From NCBI GenBank assembly GCA_038882975.1, contig JAVZNE010000001.1:1-64000 (forward strand): a stretch of DNA of 64,000 nucleotides, in the 5' to 3' direction. The notes beneath the pieces were generated by a model, which was not told where the DNA came from, ran no database searches, and worked only from the letters and a program-made list of their open reading frames with translations. The stretch comes from Candidatus Bathyarchaeia archaeon (GTDB lineage: Archaea > Thermoproteota > Bathyarchaeia > Bathyarchaeales > Bathycorpusculaceae). Numbering within the stretch: the first letter of the stretch is position 1; the number at the start of each line of letters is the position of its first letter. A program made the position numbers and the translations under genes. Below are positions 54,078 to 64,000 of the stretch, in pieces.

Positions 54078-56990
54078 ATGAGAGAAACTGCTGACTTAGA
54101 TGTTTTCAAACTTCTTGCCAAGCCCATTCAAGAAGGGCTAGTTGAGCTTGGCTTTTCAAAACCAACTTCGCCACAGGTTTTGGCTATTCCCCACATTTTG
54201 GCTGGAGAAAATGTTCTTTTGATTGCGCCTACTGGAAGTGGCAAAACTGAGGCTGTTCTTTTACCAGTTTTCTCAAACTTTATCCAGCATAAAGACGAGA
54301 GGGGCATATCAATTGTTTATGTTACACCTTTGAGGGCTTTAAACCGCGACCTTTTGAAGCGCTTAGCCTTTTGGGCTTTAAGGCTTGGCATAACTGTTGA
54401 GGTTAGGCACGGCGACACAGAATTGAAACTGCGGAGAAAACAAGCAGTTTCGCCTCCCAACATGCTTGTAACAACTCCGGAAACTCTTCAGGCAGTTCTT
54501 CCCGGCGCCCGCATGAAGGAGCACCTAAAGCATGTTAGATGGTTGGTTGTAGACGAGGTGCATGAGCTTGCCTCCAGCAAGCGAGGCGCCCAATTGACAG
54601 TGGCTCTTGAACGCCTATACGAGATAGTCGGCAAAGAGTTTCAGAGGATAGGCTTATCAGCCACCGTTGGAAATCCAGAACAAGTTGCCCAATTCATAGC
54701 TGGAACAAGCAGAGGCATAAGGGTTGTTCAAGCTTCAATTTCTAAGGGCTACAGGTATACTGTTGAATATCCAGCGCCAACAGACGCCGATTACGAGTTG
54801 GCTGGGAGAATTGGCATTTCGCCAGAAGGCGCTGCAAGAATAAGGCGCATAGCCGAGCTTGTGGACAGCCACAAGTCCACCCTCATTTTTGTTAACAGCA
54901 GAACAGTGGCGGAGATGCTTGGTCATCGCTTTACCCAGCTTGGGAGAGGCGACATAGCCGTTCATCATGGCTCTTTATCAAAGGAGGAGCGCATCCAAAT
55001 CGAGGATGACTTTAAGGCTGGAGCCTTGAAGGCTATAATTTGCACCAGCACGTTAGAGCTTGGCATAGACATTGGAAGCGTGGACCTAGTCATCCAATAC
55101 CTCTCGCCGAGGCAAGTTTCCAGCCTAATCCAGAGGGTTGGAAGAAGCGGACACCGCTTGGACATACTTTCAGAAGGCATAATATTAACGGCTTTCCCAG
55201 ACGACTTGATGGAGTCTCTGGCAGCTGTTAGAAACGCCTACAATGGCAGAATTGAGCCCGTTCTTATTCATGAAAACGCCTTGGACGTTCTAGCCCACCA
55301 AGTTGCCGGCATACTCATGGACAAGGAAAACATAACCATAGACGAGCTTTTGGCAATTCTTCGAAGAGTCTACCCCTATAGGCATTTAGCCAAACAAACC
55401 CTTTTAGAAGTGGTACACTTTTTAGCCAACCTCAACCAATTAAAAATCGACGAGGAAGAAAAGATTTTGAGGAAAACAAGGAAAACGAGGAGCTACTACT
55501 ACGAGAACCTTTCAATGATTCCAGATGAGAGACGCTACCCGGTAATAAACGTCCTAACAGACAGACGAATCGGCACACTGGGCGACGAGTTTATGGCTTT
55601 GAAAGCCCGGGTAGGCTTAAACATAATTGTCCGCGGAAAAGTTTGGCGCATAGTCCAGATAGAAGATGAAACCGGCACCGTTTATGTTGTTCCCTCAGAA
55701 GACCCGTTCGCAGCCATCCCGGGATGGGACGGTGAAATGCTACCAGTTCCCTTCAACCTAGCCCAAGAAACTGGGAAACTACGCCAAGAGATTGGTGAAC
55801 TACTGAAGACTTTGGGAAATGCAGATGCTGTAGCAGAAAAGGTTGCGGAAAAATTCAACACAAACCGAGAAGCGTTAAACGAAGCAGTTAAGGAGATTGA
55901 AGAACATGTGGGTCAAGGGGCACCATTGCCAACACACGACTATATTCTCGTCGAGGCTTTTGACAAGTATTTGGTGGTGCATGCATGTTTCGGCGAGATT
56001 GTAAACAGCACCCTTGGAGGCATTTTCGACGCGATCCTTTCCGATAAAGAGCTTATTGTTGGCTGGTGGAATGACGGCTACCGCATCTTAATAGAGGCTC
56101 CGCGAAAAATTTCGCCCCGAGAAGTTGAGAAAATGCCAGAAACGCTTTTCAACTTAAGTGATGAACAAGTTGAAGAAGCCTTCAGAGATTATTTGGAGGC
56201 AAAGTTTCCATACGCCTACAAAATGAAGTTTGTGGCTGAAAGGTTTGGTGCTCTCCCAAGGGGAAAAACTATGGGTCCAAAGAGGCAGAGTCAGCTTCCA
56301 GCCATTTTTAAGGGAACACCTATCTATGACGAGACCTTAAGGGAAGCCATGTTTGAGAAAGCTGACTTGGAAAAAGTTAAGGAGATAATGCGAAACATTA
56401 AAAGTGGAAAAATTAAAGTTAGCACCTTGTATAGAGCTGAAAATCCAACGCCGCTAGCCTATCATATTTTGGCGAAGTATGGCGACATTTCAGAGCTCAT
56501 GGCTCCAGAACGCATCCTACTAAGCAACATTGAAAAAATGAAGAGGGCAATGGATGCGAAAATGGCGACGTTAATGTGCATTGAATGTGCAGAGTGGGCT
56601 TCAGAAAAGAGGATTAAAGAGCTGCCAGAACACCCAAAATGCGAAAAATGTGGTTCAAGGCTCTTGGCACTTCTATACCCGAGCCAAGAGGCAAAATGCC
56701 TCCAAGAAATACTGAGGAAAAGGCGCATGGGCAAAAGCCTAACAGAAGATGAGCTTAAAGAAATAGCTCATGCAAGACGCACAGCCGACCTAATCCTTAG
56801 TTACGGAAGAAAAGCAATAATAGCCCTAAAAGTTAAGGGCGTAGGACCAGAAACAGCCTTCAGAATCCTCGGAAAAATGCATCCCAGCGAAGAGGAATTC
56901 TACATGGACCTTTTAAAGGCGAAAATCCAATACTTGAAGACAAGGGAGTTCTGGGAAGATAAGGAGAGCCGCCTGAAAACTTTCGCCTAG
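54078..56990 (+). CDS. lhr: Lhr-family SF2 helicase (archaeal, with C-terminal Zn and HhH motifs)
   Basis: APTGSGKT, DEVH, SAT, LELGIDIG and QRVGRSGH motifs; C-terminal CIEC..CEKC and GVGPETA. Confidence 0.9.
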   Translation: MRETADLDVFKLLAKPIQEGLVELGFSKPTSPQVLAIPHILAGENVLLIAPTGSGKTEAVLLPVFSNFIQHKDERGISIVYVTPLRALNRDLLKRLAFWALRLGITVEVRHGDTELKLRRKQAVSPPNMLVTTPETLQAVLPGARMKEHLKHVRWLVVDEVHELASSKRGAQLTVALERLYEIVGKEFQRIGLSATVGNPEQVAQFIAGTSRGIRVVQASISKGYRYTVEYPAPTDADYELAGRIGISPEGAARIRRIAELVDSHKSTLIFVNSRTVAEMLGHRFTQLGRGDIAVHHGSLSKEERIQIEDDFKAGALKAIICTSTLELGIDIGSVDLVIQYLSPRQVSSLIQRVGRSGHRLDILSEGIILTAFPDDLMESLAAVRNAYNGRIEPVLIHENALDVLAHQVAGILMDKENITIDELLAILRRVYPYRHLAKQTLLEVVHFLANLNQLKIDEEEKILRKTRKTRSYYYENLSMIPDERRYPVINVLTDRRIGTLGDEFMALKARVGLNIIVRGKVWRIVQIEDETGTVYVVPSEDPFAAIPGWDGEMLPVPFNLAQETGKLRQEIGELLKTLGNADAVAEKVAEKFNTNREALNEAVKEIEEHVGQGAPLPTHDYILVEAFDKYLVVHACFGEIVNSTLGGIFDAILSDKELIVGWWNDGYRILIEAPRKISPREVEKMPETLFNLSDEQVEEAFRDYLEAKFPYAYKMKFVAERFGALPRGKTMGPKRQSQLPAIFKGTPIYDETLREAMFEKADLEKVKEIMRNIKSGKIKVSTLYRAENPTPLAYHILAKYGDISELMAPERILLSNIEKMKRAMDAKMATLMCIECAEWASEKRIKELPEHPKCEKCGSRLLALLYPSQEAKCLQEILRKRRMGKSLTEDELKEIAHARRTADLILSYGRKAIIALKVKGVGPETAFRILGKMHPSEEEFYMDLLKAKIQYLKTREFWEDKESRLKTFA

Positions 56991-57011
56991 AAGCTAGCTG
57001 GTGCGGAAAGT

Positions 57012-58286
57012 TTGGCTGAAATCAACTCTCGTGGTGAGCTTAAGCCCACTTTAGGATTGCTTGACGCAACAGCCATAAGTATAGGCGCAATAGTTGGCGC
57101 AGGCATATATGTTGTGACCGGCATAGCCGCTGGCTCCGCCGGTCCAGCCTTAATTGTTTCTATGGTTTTGGCTGCAGCCATATCCATGCTTACGGCTATG
57201 AGTTTTGCCGAATTAACCGCTTGGAAGCCTATAGAGGGAAGCATTTACGAGTATGCTTATCAGCTGATTTCGCCTTTTGCTGGCTTCTTAACTGGCTGGA
57301 TGTGGGTTATCTCCAACACCTTTGCCGGTGCAGCCGTCTCTCTTGGATTTGCAAACTATTTATGCGCCCTTTTCCCATCGCTACCGTCAAACATTGTGGC
57401 AGCTGTTTTCTGCTTCCTCTTTACGATGCTTAACTATTTTGGAATACGCCAATCAGCGCTCTTAAACAATATTCTTGTGGCAGCTAAACTTTCCATTTTG
57501 GGATTCTTCACGATTTACGGGTTCTTCCACGTTAACCCCTCAAATTTTGCCTCCTTTAATCCTTTTCAAGTTGGAGTTTTGTCCGGCGCATTTTACATTT
57601 TCTTTGCTTATGGAGGGTTTGCAAGAGTTGCCGTAGTAGCGGAAGAGGTTAAGGACGCTAGGAAAAATGTGCCTAGGGCTATAATGCTTTCTCTGGCAAT
57701 ATCAACAGTGGTTTACATTTTAGTGGGTTTTGTGGCTGTTGGACTTGTGGAAGCCTCAAGGCTTGCTGGTTCAAACTCGCCCCTTGCAGAGGCTATAAGC
57801 GTTACCGGAAACAGCCTCGCGGTCTACATAGTTTCAGCTGGCGGTTTAATTGCAACAGCAAGCGTTTTGCTAACAGCCGTTTTGGGGGTTTCCCGCATGG
57901 CATATGCCATGGCAAGAAGAAAAGATTTACCCCAAGCCCTAAGCAGGCTCCATCCAAAATATAACACGCCGTATCTCTCCATATGGATTGTGGGCGCCAC
58001 CATGATGCTGCTTGTTCTCTTCGTGGACATAGCGCGAGTTGTAGCCATAAGCAATTTTGCACTGCTTTTCTATTATATGCTGGCTAACGTTTCAGCATTA
58101 AGGCTAAAAATGCATAATAGAATGCACCCAAAAATTGTGCCATTCTTAGGGGCAATATCATGCATAGCTCTTTTAATTTTTACGCTTTTCGTTTTGCCCC
58201 AAGCATGGATTTTGGGTGCTGCAACACTGGCTGCGGGTGTCGTCTACTTCTGGCTTAAAAGGCTTAAAGGGCATGGCGGTTCATGA
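57012..58286 (+). CDS. APC-family amino acid permease
   Basis: GAIVGAGI and FFAYGGF motifs; about 12 TMs. Confidence 0.9.
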   Translation: MAEINSRGELKPTLGLLDATAISIGAIVGAGIYVVTGIAAGSAGPALIVSMVLAAAISMLTAMSFAELTAWKPIEGSIYEYAYQLISPFAGFLTGWMWVISNTFAGAAVSLGFANYLCALFPSLPSNIVAAVFCFLFTMLNYFGIRQSALLNNILVAAKLSILGFFTIYGFFHVNPSNFASFNPFQVGVLSGAFYIFFAYGGFARVAVVAEEVKDARKNVPRAIMLSLAISTVVYILVGFVAVGLVEASRLAGSNSPLAEAISVTGNSLAVYIVSAGGLIATASVLLTAVLGVSRMAYAMARRKDLPQALSRLHPKYNTPYLSIWIVGATMMLLVLFVDIARVVAISNFALLFYYMLANVSALRLKMHNRMHPKIVPFLGAISCIALLIFTLFVLPQAWILGAATLAAGVVYFWLKRLKGHGGS

Positions 58287-58787
58287 AAACCATGGATTCG
58301 GAAAAATTTTGATGGGTTTTCCCGTTTCTCGCTTGTATTCGCCAGCATAATACCCTTTTACAATTTCTTTAAGGGCGTTGGGCTTCAACAAAACATCGCC
58401 GTCCATTACGATTATTGCTTCTCCAAAAGCCCTACCTACCCCCATTCTAAGGACCTCAGCCCTCCCTATTGGAGCGCTGTTTCTGACGATTCGTCCTTTG
58501 ATGTTTGGCCATCTTTTTCGACATTTTTGGATTGTTACCCATGCAGCTTCATACGTATAGTCATTACTTCCGTCATCAACAATTAAGATTTCACAAAAGT
58601 TTGGGTACTGCGCTCCGCTTTCGAAGAGACTATTTATGCATTTCGAAATTTGTCTTTCTCTGTTATAAGCTGGAACGATTATGGAGACGGATGGATAATG
58701 TATCCTTTTGTACGGCAAACCGTTCTCGCGTAGTTTCCTTTTCATTAGAATTGCCGGCCCTCTCCTCTCCCAGCTTCTACTAGCCAC
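58281..58787 (-). pseudogene. GT2 glycosyltransferase fragment (N-terminal GT-A domain only)
   Basis: VSIIVPAYN, VDDGSNDYT and MDGD motifs, then a stop shortly after DxD. Confidence 0.6.
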
Positions 58788-58925
58788 TTTTCAAGATAAA
58801 GCAGGTATTCCCCTCGTGAAATATATCGAAAAGCTATAGTCCAAAAAGCTGTATTGCAAATTGTATTAAAGGTTAACAAGACATAAATATTCAACGTTTA
58901 ACGTTTCTGATTCCGAGGAAGAGTC

Positions 58926-59759
58926 ATGGAAGAAGACTTATCACGTTACTACACACTCTTAAAAGACCCGGCGAGACGAAAAATGATTGAGATTTTGGGT
59001 ACTCAGGAGAAGGTTGGTTTTAAGGAGCTCCGTGAAACTTTAGGCTTAGGCGTCGGCACTGTTTACTATCATCTCGACATGCTCTCAGACTTTATTGAAC
59101 AAGACAAACACCGCAAGTACAAGCTGAACGAAAAGGGACAAATACTCTACAGAGTCCTAAAAGAGGGAAGCGTACCAGCAAGCCTCGGAATAAGCGAAAC
59201 CCTAAGCAACCGCGCGGCAAAGTGGCTATTTCTCTCACCACTCTTCGCCCAAACAATAAAACCTTTGAGGCTGCTACCACTTTCCTTAATAATCCTCTTT
59301 TTGGGAGCTATTGGAGCATCCACGGCAAGACTTGAACCAGCCCTATTCTTTTATTTCGAATATTCCACCCGTAGCTCAACCAGCACCATAGCACTGTTTA
59401 TATTCAACTGGATAGGGCTGTTTCTATTCACAGAAGCCTTAGCCATCGCATTTTTCAAACGCACGGGAAACGAGCTCCAACTCTTCACATGCATTGGGTT
59501 AGCAGCCCTTCCATTAGCGGTTTTTCCATACATATACATGGCAGTTCCAAAAGCCCTGAGCGGATTCAACCTATATTTCGTAGAGATTGAAATGATAAGA
59601 CAAGTCATACTAATTGTTCTGCAAATTTGGAGCTTGCTACTTGTTTCTGCGGCAGTATGCCATGGCAAAGGCTTAAGGCTGGACAAAGGCATAATCATAA
59701 GCCTAACAGCCATATACCTAAACATAGCCGTCCTCTTCATACTTGGACGTTTCATGTAA
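58926..59759 (+). CDS. ArsR-like HTH regulator fused to a multi-TM domain
   Basis: LKDPARRKMI...GTVYYHL..L followed by about five TMs. Confidence 0.8.
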   Translation: MEEDLSRYYTLLKDPARRKMIEILGTQEKVGFKELRETLGLGVGTVYYHLDMLSDFIEQDKHRKYKLNEKGQILYRVLKEGSVPASLGISETLSNRAAKWLFLSPLFAQTIKPLRLLPLSLIILFLGAIGASTARLEPALFFYFEYSTRSSTSTIALFIFNWIGLFLFTEALAIAFFKRTGNELQLFTCIGLAALPLAVFPYIYMAVPKALSGFNLYFVEIEMIRQVILIVLQIWSLLLVSAAVCHGKGLRLDKGIIISLTAIYLNIAVLFILGRFM

Positions 59760-59859
59760 AAGTTCGAGGTTTCTAGAACTTTTGATGGGTGAAGTTCGGG
59801 TTTTTTGGAAGCGTTTTTCTTAATAAGCCGTTTTACATAGTCTTTTTCGGTGAAAAAAC

Positions 59860-61236
59860 ATGAAAAACGTGAGAAAAACAATATTGGCTTTGAGTTTAGC
59901 CTTGCTTCTGGCTGCACCAGCATTTGCGGTTTTGAGCCCGAGGGTGAATGCCGACGACTCCGTTGAGAACATTCAAAAATTACATGTGGAACCGCCATAT
60001 ATCTGGAATAATACGTGGTATAGGTTCAACAGCTCTCTAGTAACGCTGATTTTTCCAGCAAACGGCACAAAGCCCATGTTCTTGTGGTGGTACACCAACG
60101 ACAGCAGCAATATATATGTGGTGAAGTTTCAAGGCGTCATCGAGTACTTAATGCTTGAGCTTGACAAGCCTTATTATAGGCATAGGTTCCACGCAGACAA
60201 CGCCACCATAAACGCAACGCTGTGGGATAGTTATGTCGGACCAGAACTGTACCAAAGAAGAAATCGGTTTGACCCTAGATGGTATGAAAGCAGAGTTGCC
60301 GAATTCAAGGAACTTTTGCAAAATTTGCATAGGGCTTACTTGCCTTTCAGTGCCTGCAACTGGACGTTAAGCGGACCTGTGTTTGTTGAGGACAAAGACT
60401 ATTGGTCCTTCAACTTCACACTAACCGAAGTTCATGGTCATCCAAGATTTAAGGAATTCGCGGAAAAAAGTATCGAGATACGGTGCAGATTCTATAACAA
60501 GACAGTTACGGAAATTCCAGACAAGACTTATAGTGATTACAATTATACTGTTGCTGCTGGTCAGCTGAAATTTGACTTTGTTGTTAAGCATTGGGAGTGG
60601 AACATAGACAAAATCAACAAGTTTCTAAAAGAACATGGCATCCCGACAATACCAGAAAACAAAACTGGATTAGCTCTATGGATTAAGATGGCTTCAATAG
60701 AACTTGAAGATTTACCGAATGTTGGCGAAGAGGTTCAGAACCGAGCAGAAAATCAAGTTGAGGCTTGTTCTCGGATGCGGGAAACATCGATAAACGGAGA
60801 ACGCTATGCCGTAGACAAGAATGAAACAAGCCAAGATGAGAAGCCCGTGCGGGCTACGCTTCAGCTTAGGGAGAGATTCAGGGAGCGCATTAGGCTGCAC
60901 TATGCTATTGGAAAGACAGACGTGCCAGTGGGCTTCTTGGAGTTTGTTCCATGGGCTAGGCTGCTTAACGAAACCGGCACCGTTGAATTCGTGAATGTTA
61001 CCGCCTCTTATGTTGCTGCCGGCGGTCACTTGAGACTTTTCATTTGTTACCCATACTTTGGCAATTACACGCTGGAGCATGATCCAAAAATAGGTTTAAC
61101 ATCAGCTCCGCTGATTCCTGAGCTTATAAATCAGAAAGTTCTACTGGTTTTGCTTGGCGCCACCGCTGTCATAGTCTTGGTTGTTGCTGCTATAAAAGCC
61201 CGGAAGAAGCCCATCAACATATTAGCTGTTAAATAA
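59860..61236 (+). CDS. Secreted/surface protein with signal peptide and C-terminal TM anchor
   Basis: MKNVRK plus hydrophobic signal, many N-x-S/T sequons, HDPKIG motif, then TM and basic tail. Confidence 0.75.
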   Translation: MKNVRKTILALSLALLLAAPAFAVLSPRVNADDSVENIQKLHVEPPYIWNNTWYRFNSSLVTLIFPANGTKPMFLWWYTNDSSNIYVVKFQGVIEYLMLELDKPYYRHRFHADNATINATLWDSYVGPELYQRRNRFDPRWYESRVAEFKELLQNLHRAYLPFSACNWTLSGPVFVEDKDYWSFNFTLTEVHGHPRFKEFAEKSIEIRCRFYNKTVTEIPDKTYSDYNYTVAAGQLKFDFVVKHWEWNIDKINKFLKEHGIPTIPENKTGLALWIKMASIELEDLPNVGEEVQNRAENQVEACSRMRETSINGERYAVDKNETSQDEKPVRATLQLRERFRERIRLHYAIGKTDVPVGFLEFVPWARLLNETGTVEFVNVTASYVAAGGHLRLFICYPYFGNYTLEHDPKIGLTSAPLIPELINQKVLLVLLGATAVIVLVVAAIKARKKPINILAVK

Positions 61237-61267
61237 AATCCCTTTTCCCTTTTTATTTTTGTTTTGG
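61237..61267 (+). terminator. Oligo-T archaeal terminator
   Basis: CCCTTTTCCCTTTTATTTTGTTTT directly after the stop codon. Confidence 0.55.
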
Positions 61268-61314
61268 GAATAAAAGTTTATATTGTGTATTGCTACGTAA
61301 TATTTGGGATTTAG

Positions 61315-61434
61315 ATGGGCCACAGAAGAGGAGAAAACGATGAAATCCGCTGGCAAATAATAAAGGCGATGCTGGACGAATTTCCAAACTTAAGAGAAAG
61401 AGTTAAGGTCTACATCGAAAAGCAGAAACGATAG
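61315..61434 (+). CDS. 39-aa small protein (absent from the ORF track)
   Basis: MGHRRGENDEIRWQIIKAMLDEFPNLRERVKVYIEKQKR, with AAAGTTTATAT BRE/TATA about 35 nt upstream. Confidence 0.5.
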   Translation: MGHRRGENDEIRWQIIKAMLDEFPNLRERVKVYIEKQKR

Positions 61435-61452
61435 GAAAAGGCTTAGACGCTT

Positions 61453-61803
61453 TTAGACGTGGTTTCTTTTCAGCAAATGCGGTGGTGGAACCTTAACATT
61501 ATTTTTGCCATTCTCATTTTCAGACTTAAGAAGTCCCGTCAACTCGCGGTAGCGCTGGAGAAAATCTAAACCCTTAGGCGTCGCCTTATAAATCTCCTTA
61601 TCCCTTTCGACAATTTTATCAAGGAGGTTGACTTTCAGCATGAACTCCAAATAATCGTTAAGCTGTGTAAAGCTCAAATTAGCCCTATACATAATCTGAG
61701 TTTTTAAAACACCGTCTTTAGCGATGTCCAAAATTTCAGCAATTATGTATAGTTTGTCTCTCCTCTTTTGGGATGGGGTGGTGCCCCAAACATTCATTTC
61801 CAC
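61453..61803 (-). CDS. Archaeal winged-helix regulator
   Basis: RRDKLYIIAEIL...KTQIMYRANLSF...YKATPKG. Confidence 0.85.
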   Translation of the reverse strand: MEMNVWGTTPSQKRRDKLYIIAEILDIAKDGVLKTQIMYRANLSFTQLNDYLEFMLKVNLLDKIVERDKEIYKATPKGLDFLQRYRELTGLLKSENENGKNNVKVPPPHLLKRNHV

Positions 61804-61975
61804 AATATTCCTCTTCTACAAATCCTTCTACGATAAGAATGGTGGATGGCATGTTTTAAGCGGTGTTTCTCATAGGCTACTATTACAATTATCGAAATAT
61901 TCTCTAGAACAAACTTCTATAAGAAAAAACTTTAATCCTCAAATGAAAAACATTGCCCTAGGAAGCGTGTGGAAA

Positions 61976-62476
61976 ATGCTGATTGGGTTAATGGCTGACA
62001 CACATGATAACTTGCCTATGGTGGAAAAAGCCATAAAAAGGTTAAACGAAGAAAATGTTGAGCTTGTGCTTCATGCTGGAGATTATGTTGCGCCTTTTGT
62101 CATACCGAAATTTAGGGATTTAAGGGCTAGGCTGATAGGGGTTTTTGGCAATAATGATGGGGACCGAGAACTTTTAAAAAAGAGGTTTGGCGAAAATGAG
62201 AGGCTGGAGGTTAGGGGAAACTTTGCGGAAATAAACATTGGAAAAGCAAAAATCGTGTTGTTGCATGGAAGTGAAGAGGAACTTTTGAGGGCTATAATCA
62301 ACAGTGGAAACTTCGATGCGGTTGTCCACGGACACACCCATAAGGCTGAAATATACAGGAAAGGCAAAACGTTGGTGGTGAATCCAGGCGAGGTTTGCGG
62401 TTACTTAACTGGAAAATCAACCATCGCCTTATTGGACGTGGAGAAACTTGAAGCAAAAATGATAGATTTAATTTAA
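61976..62476 (+). CDS. MJ0936/YfcE-family metallophosphoesterase
   Basis: ADTHDN, HAGD, GNND, HGHTH and NPGE motifs. Confidence 0.9.
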   Translation: MLIGLMADTHDNLPMVEKAIKRLNEENVELVLHAGDYVAPFVIPKFRDLRARLIGVFGNNDGDRELLKKRFGENERLEVRGNFAEINIGKAKIVLLHGSEEELLRAIINSGNFDAVVHGHTHKAEIYRKGKTLVVNPGEVCGYLTGKSTIALLDVEKLEAKMIDLI

Positions 62477-63423
62477 ACAGTTGATGGAATTTCAGTTTTG
62501 GCTGAGTTGTATGGCTGTCTTCTTTGATTGGCTATTTTGAAAAGTTTCGCTAGCTCTTCGTCTTTTGCTCCGTTTCGCGTAGGCGTTAGAATATCCACTG
62601 TATTGTCGTTTCTCATTAGGCATGGTTTAAGTTTTCCGTCGCTTGTTAGGCGTAAACGTGTGCAGTGCCAACAGAAGTCTGTATTCTCTATTGGGTGGAC
62701 AACCTCAACTTTTACGTCTGGCAAGTGATATATGTGGCGGTTTTGCATGTGTTTTCTGGCTTCTATTTTTATGGCTTTCTGCTTTAACATCTCATCATAC
62801 TCGTTAAGAGGCTTGTGATAGGCGGCATAGTATTCGCTGCTTATGTTTACTGGTTCAAGCTCGATGAGTTGTAGAACTGCGTCAACTTTCCTTGCAAAAT
62901 TGATCATTTCTGGCACTTGAGAGTCGTTAACTCCCTTTAAAACAAGCATGTTTAGCTTTACTGGGTTAAGTCCAGCCTCAACAGCCGCCCTAACACCATT
63001 TAAAACGTCTTCCAGTCTGCCGCCAGTCAGTTTACGGTATGTTTCTCCGTCAATTGTTGGCAAGTTTATGTTTACACGCTTCAAGCCATTCGCCTTAAGC
63101 TCTTTTGCTAGGGGTTCAAGCAATGTCCCGTTGGTTGTCATTGATAGCTCTTCTAAGCCCGGTATGGAGGCTAAGCCCTTGACTATTTGTAGTATGTCCT
63201 TTCGGAGCAAAGGTTCCCCGCCCGTCAGCTTAATTCTTGAAATGCCCAAACCGACGGCTATCTTTGAAATGCGCACGACTTCTTCAACAGTCATTTCTGT
63301 TGTGTTTTCGGCTGTTTTTTCTTCGCCTTCAGCGTGGCAGAAACTGCAGTGTAAATTGCATGGCTTTGTGAGGGCTATTCGTAGATTTAAAAGTGGGCGT
63401 CCATAGTTGTCGAATAGCACCAT
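62473..63423 (-). CDS. moaA: GTP 3',8-cyclase
   Basis: CNLHCSFCH radical SAM motif and FCWHCTRLRLTSDGKLKPCL. Confidence 0.95.
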   Translation of the reverse strand: MVLFDNYGRPLLNLRIALTKPCNLHCSFCHAEGEEKTAENTTEMTVEEVVRISKIAVGLGISRIKLTGGEPLLRKDILQIVKGLASIPGLEELSMTTNGTLLEPLAKELKANGLKRVNINLPTIDGETYRKLTGGRLEDVLNGVRAAVEAGLNPVKLNMLVLKGVNDSQVPEMINFARKVDAVLQLIELEPVNISSEYYAAYHKPLNEYDEMLKQKAIKIEARKHMQNRHIYHLPDVKVEVVHPIENTDFCWHCTRLRLTSDGKLKPCLMRNDNTVDILTPTRNGAKDEELAKLFKIANQRRQPYNSAKTEIPSTV

Positions 63424-63425
63424 CG

Positions 63426-63953
63426 TTATTCCCGCGCGTGCTTAACGATGTGTGCAGCTTCCGGCAATATAAGCTTTTCAAGACAAAGCATCGCAGCATC
63501 CATGGAGCCTGGAATGCAAAAGAAAACTTTGCCTTTCGCGACTCCGGCAGCAGCTCTCGACAAGACCGCGGCGGAACCAATCTCTTTATAGCTTAGAAAT
63601 CTGAAGATTTCGCCGAAGCCGGGCAGGGTTTTCTCAAAGAATGGCGAAACCGTTTCGATGGTTATATCAGAGGGCGCTATGCCGGTTCCACCGCAAAAAA
63701 TAACGACGTCCACGTCGGAGTTTAGGGCGTATTTCACGCCATCTTCGATGAAAGCCTTATCGTCGGGTATAAGCCTTCGAAAGGATACTGTGTGTTCGGC
63801 ATGCTTAACCAATCCTTCGATTAGGTCGCCTGATTCGTCGCTAATTTTTTCGCCTTTCATTAGCTGGTTGTAGCGGGATGTGCTAACGACAAAGATTCCA
63901 AAACTAAGCCTTTTTGGAGCCTCAGCCCTATGCCTACGCGTGCTCTCACTCAT
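63426..63953 (-). CDS. moaB: Molybdopterin adenylyltransferase
   Basis: GGTGIAPSDIT, PGFGEIFR, SRA and PGS motifs. Confidence 0.92.
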   Translation of the reverse strand: MSESTRRHRAEAPKRLSFGIFVVSTSRYNQLMKGEKISDESGDLIEGLVKHAEHTVSFRRLIPDDKAFIEDGVKYALNSDVDVVIFCGGTGIAPSDITIETVSPFFEKTLPGFGEIFRFLSYKEIGSAAVLSRAAAGVAKGKVFFCIPGSMDAAMLCLEKLILPEAAHIVKHARE

Positions 63954-64000
63954 GCTTAAGCCTTTTCCTTTCCAGTCCTTTAAACGCTGGATTCTCTTCT

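Noticed and set aside
61724-61975. N-terminal extension of the phosphoesterase ORF
   Set aside because: It overlaps the divergent wHTH gene; the family domain starts at ATG 61976.
1-64000. CRISPR array or insertion sequence
   Set aside because: No regularly spaced repeats or transposase motifs were seen on manual reading.

Overview
Archaeal chromosomal segment, most consistent with Bathyarchaeia (TACK). Support: BHB-type tRNA introns, a CdvA/CdvB/Snf7/Vps4 cluster, an Fwd/Mch C1 cluster, oligo-T terminators and frequent TTG/GTG starts. The window opens with the 5' end of an apparently 16S-unlinked 23S rRNA gene, tRNA-Thr, RPA and an intron-containing tRNA-Met. The main discovery is one tRNA-His(GUG) gene (5661-5737, minus strand) occupied at both ends by two tyrosine-integrase elements. 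Element A (3.66 kb) sits in the tRNA 3' end, has an SSV1-type split integrase that is rebuilt in frame only on excision, and shows no replication gene. Element B (10.5 kb) sits in the tRNA 5' end, encodes an AEP primase, a P-loop helicase, an HNH protein and regulators but no capsid, and separates the tRNA from its apparent native promoter. The rest is mostly housekeeping: ABC-2 transporter, tRNA-Lys, HDAC, valS, a TPP-riboswitch thiC-thiDN-thi4 cluster, fdhD/rimK/mch/fwdDBAC/citG with three tandem pol-beta-type nucleotidyltransferases, the ESCRT-III/Cdv cluster, Lhr helicase and moaAB. All calls come from manual motif reading; no searches were run.
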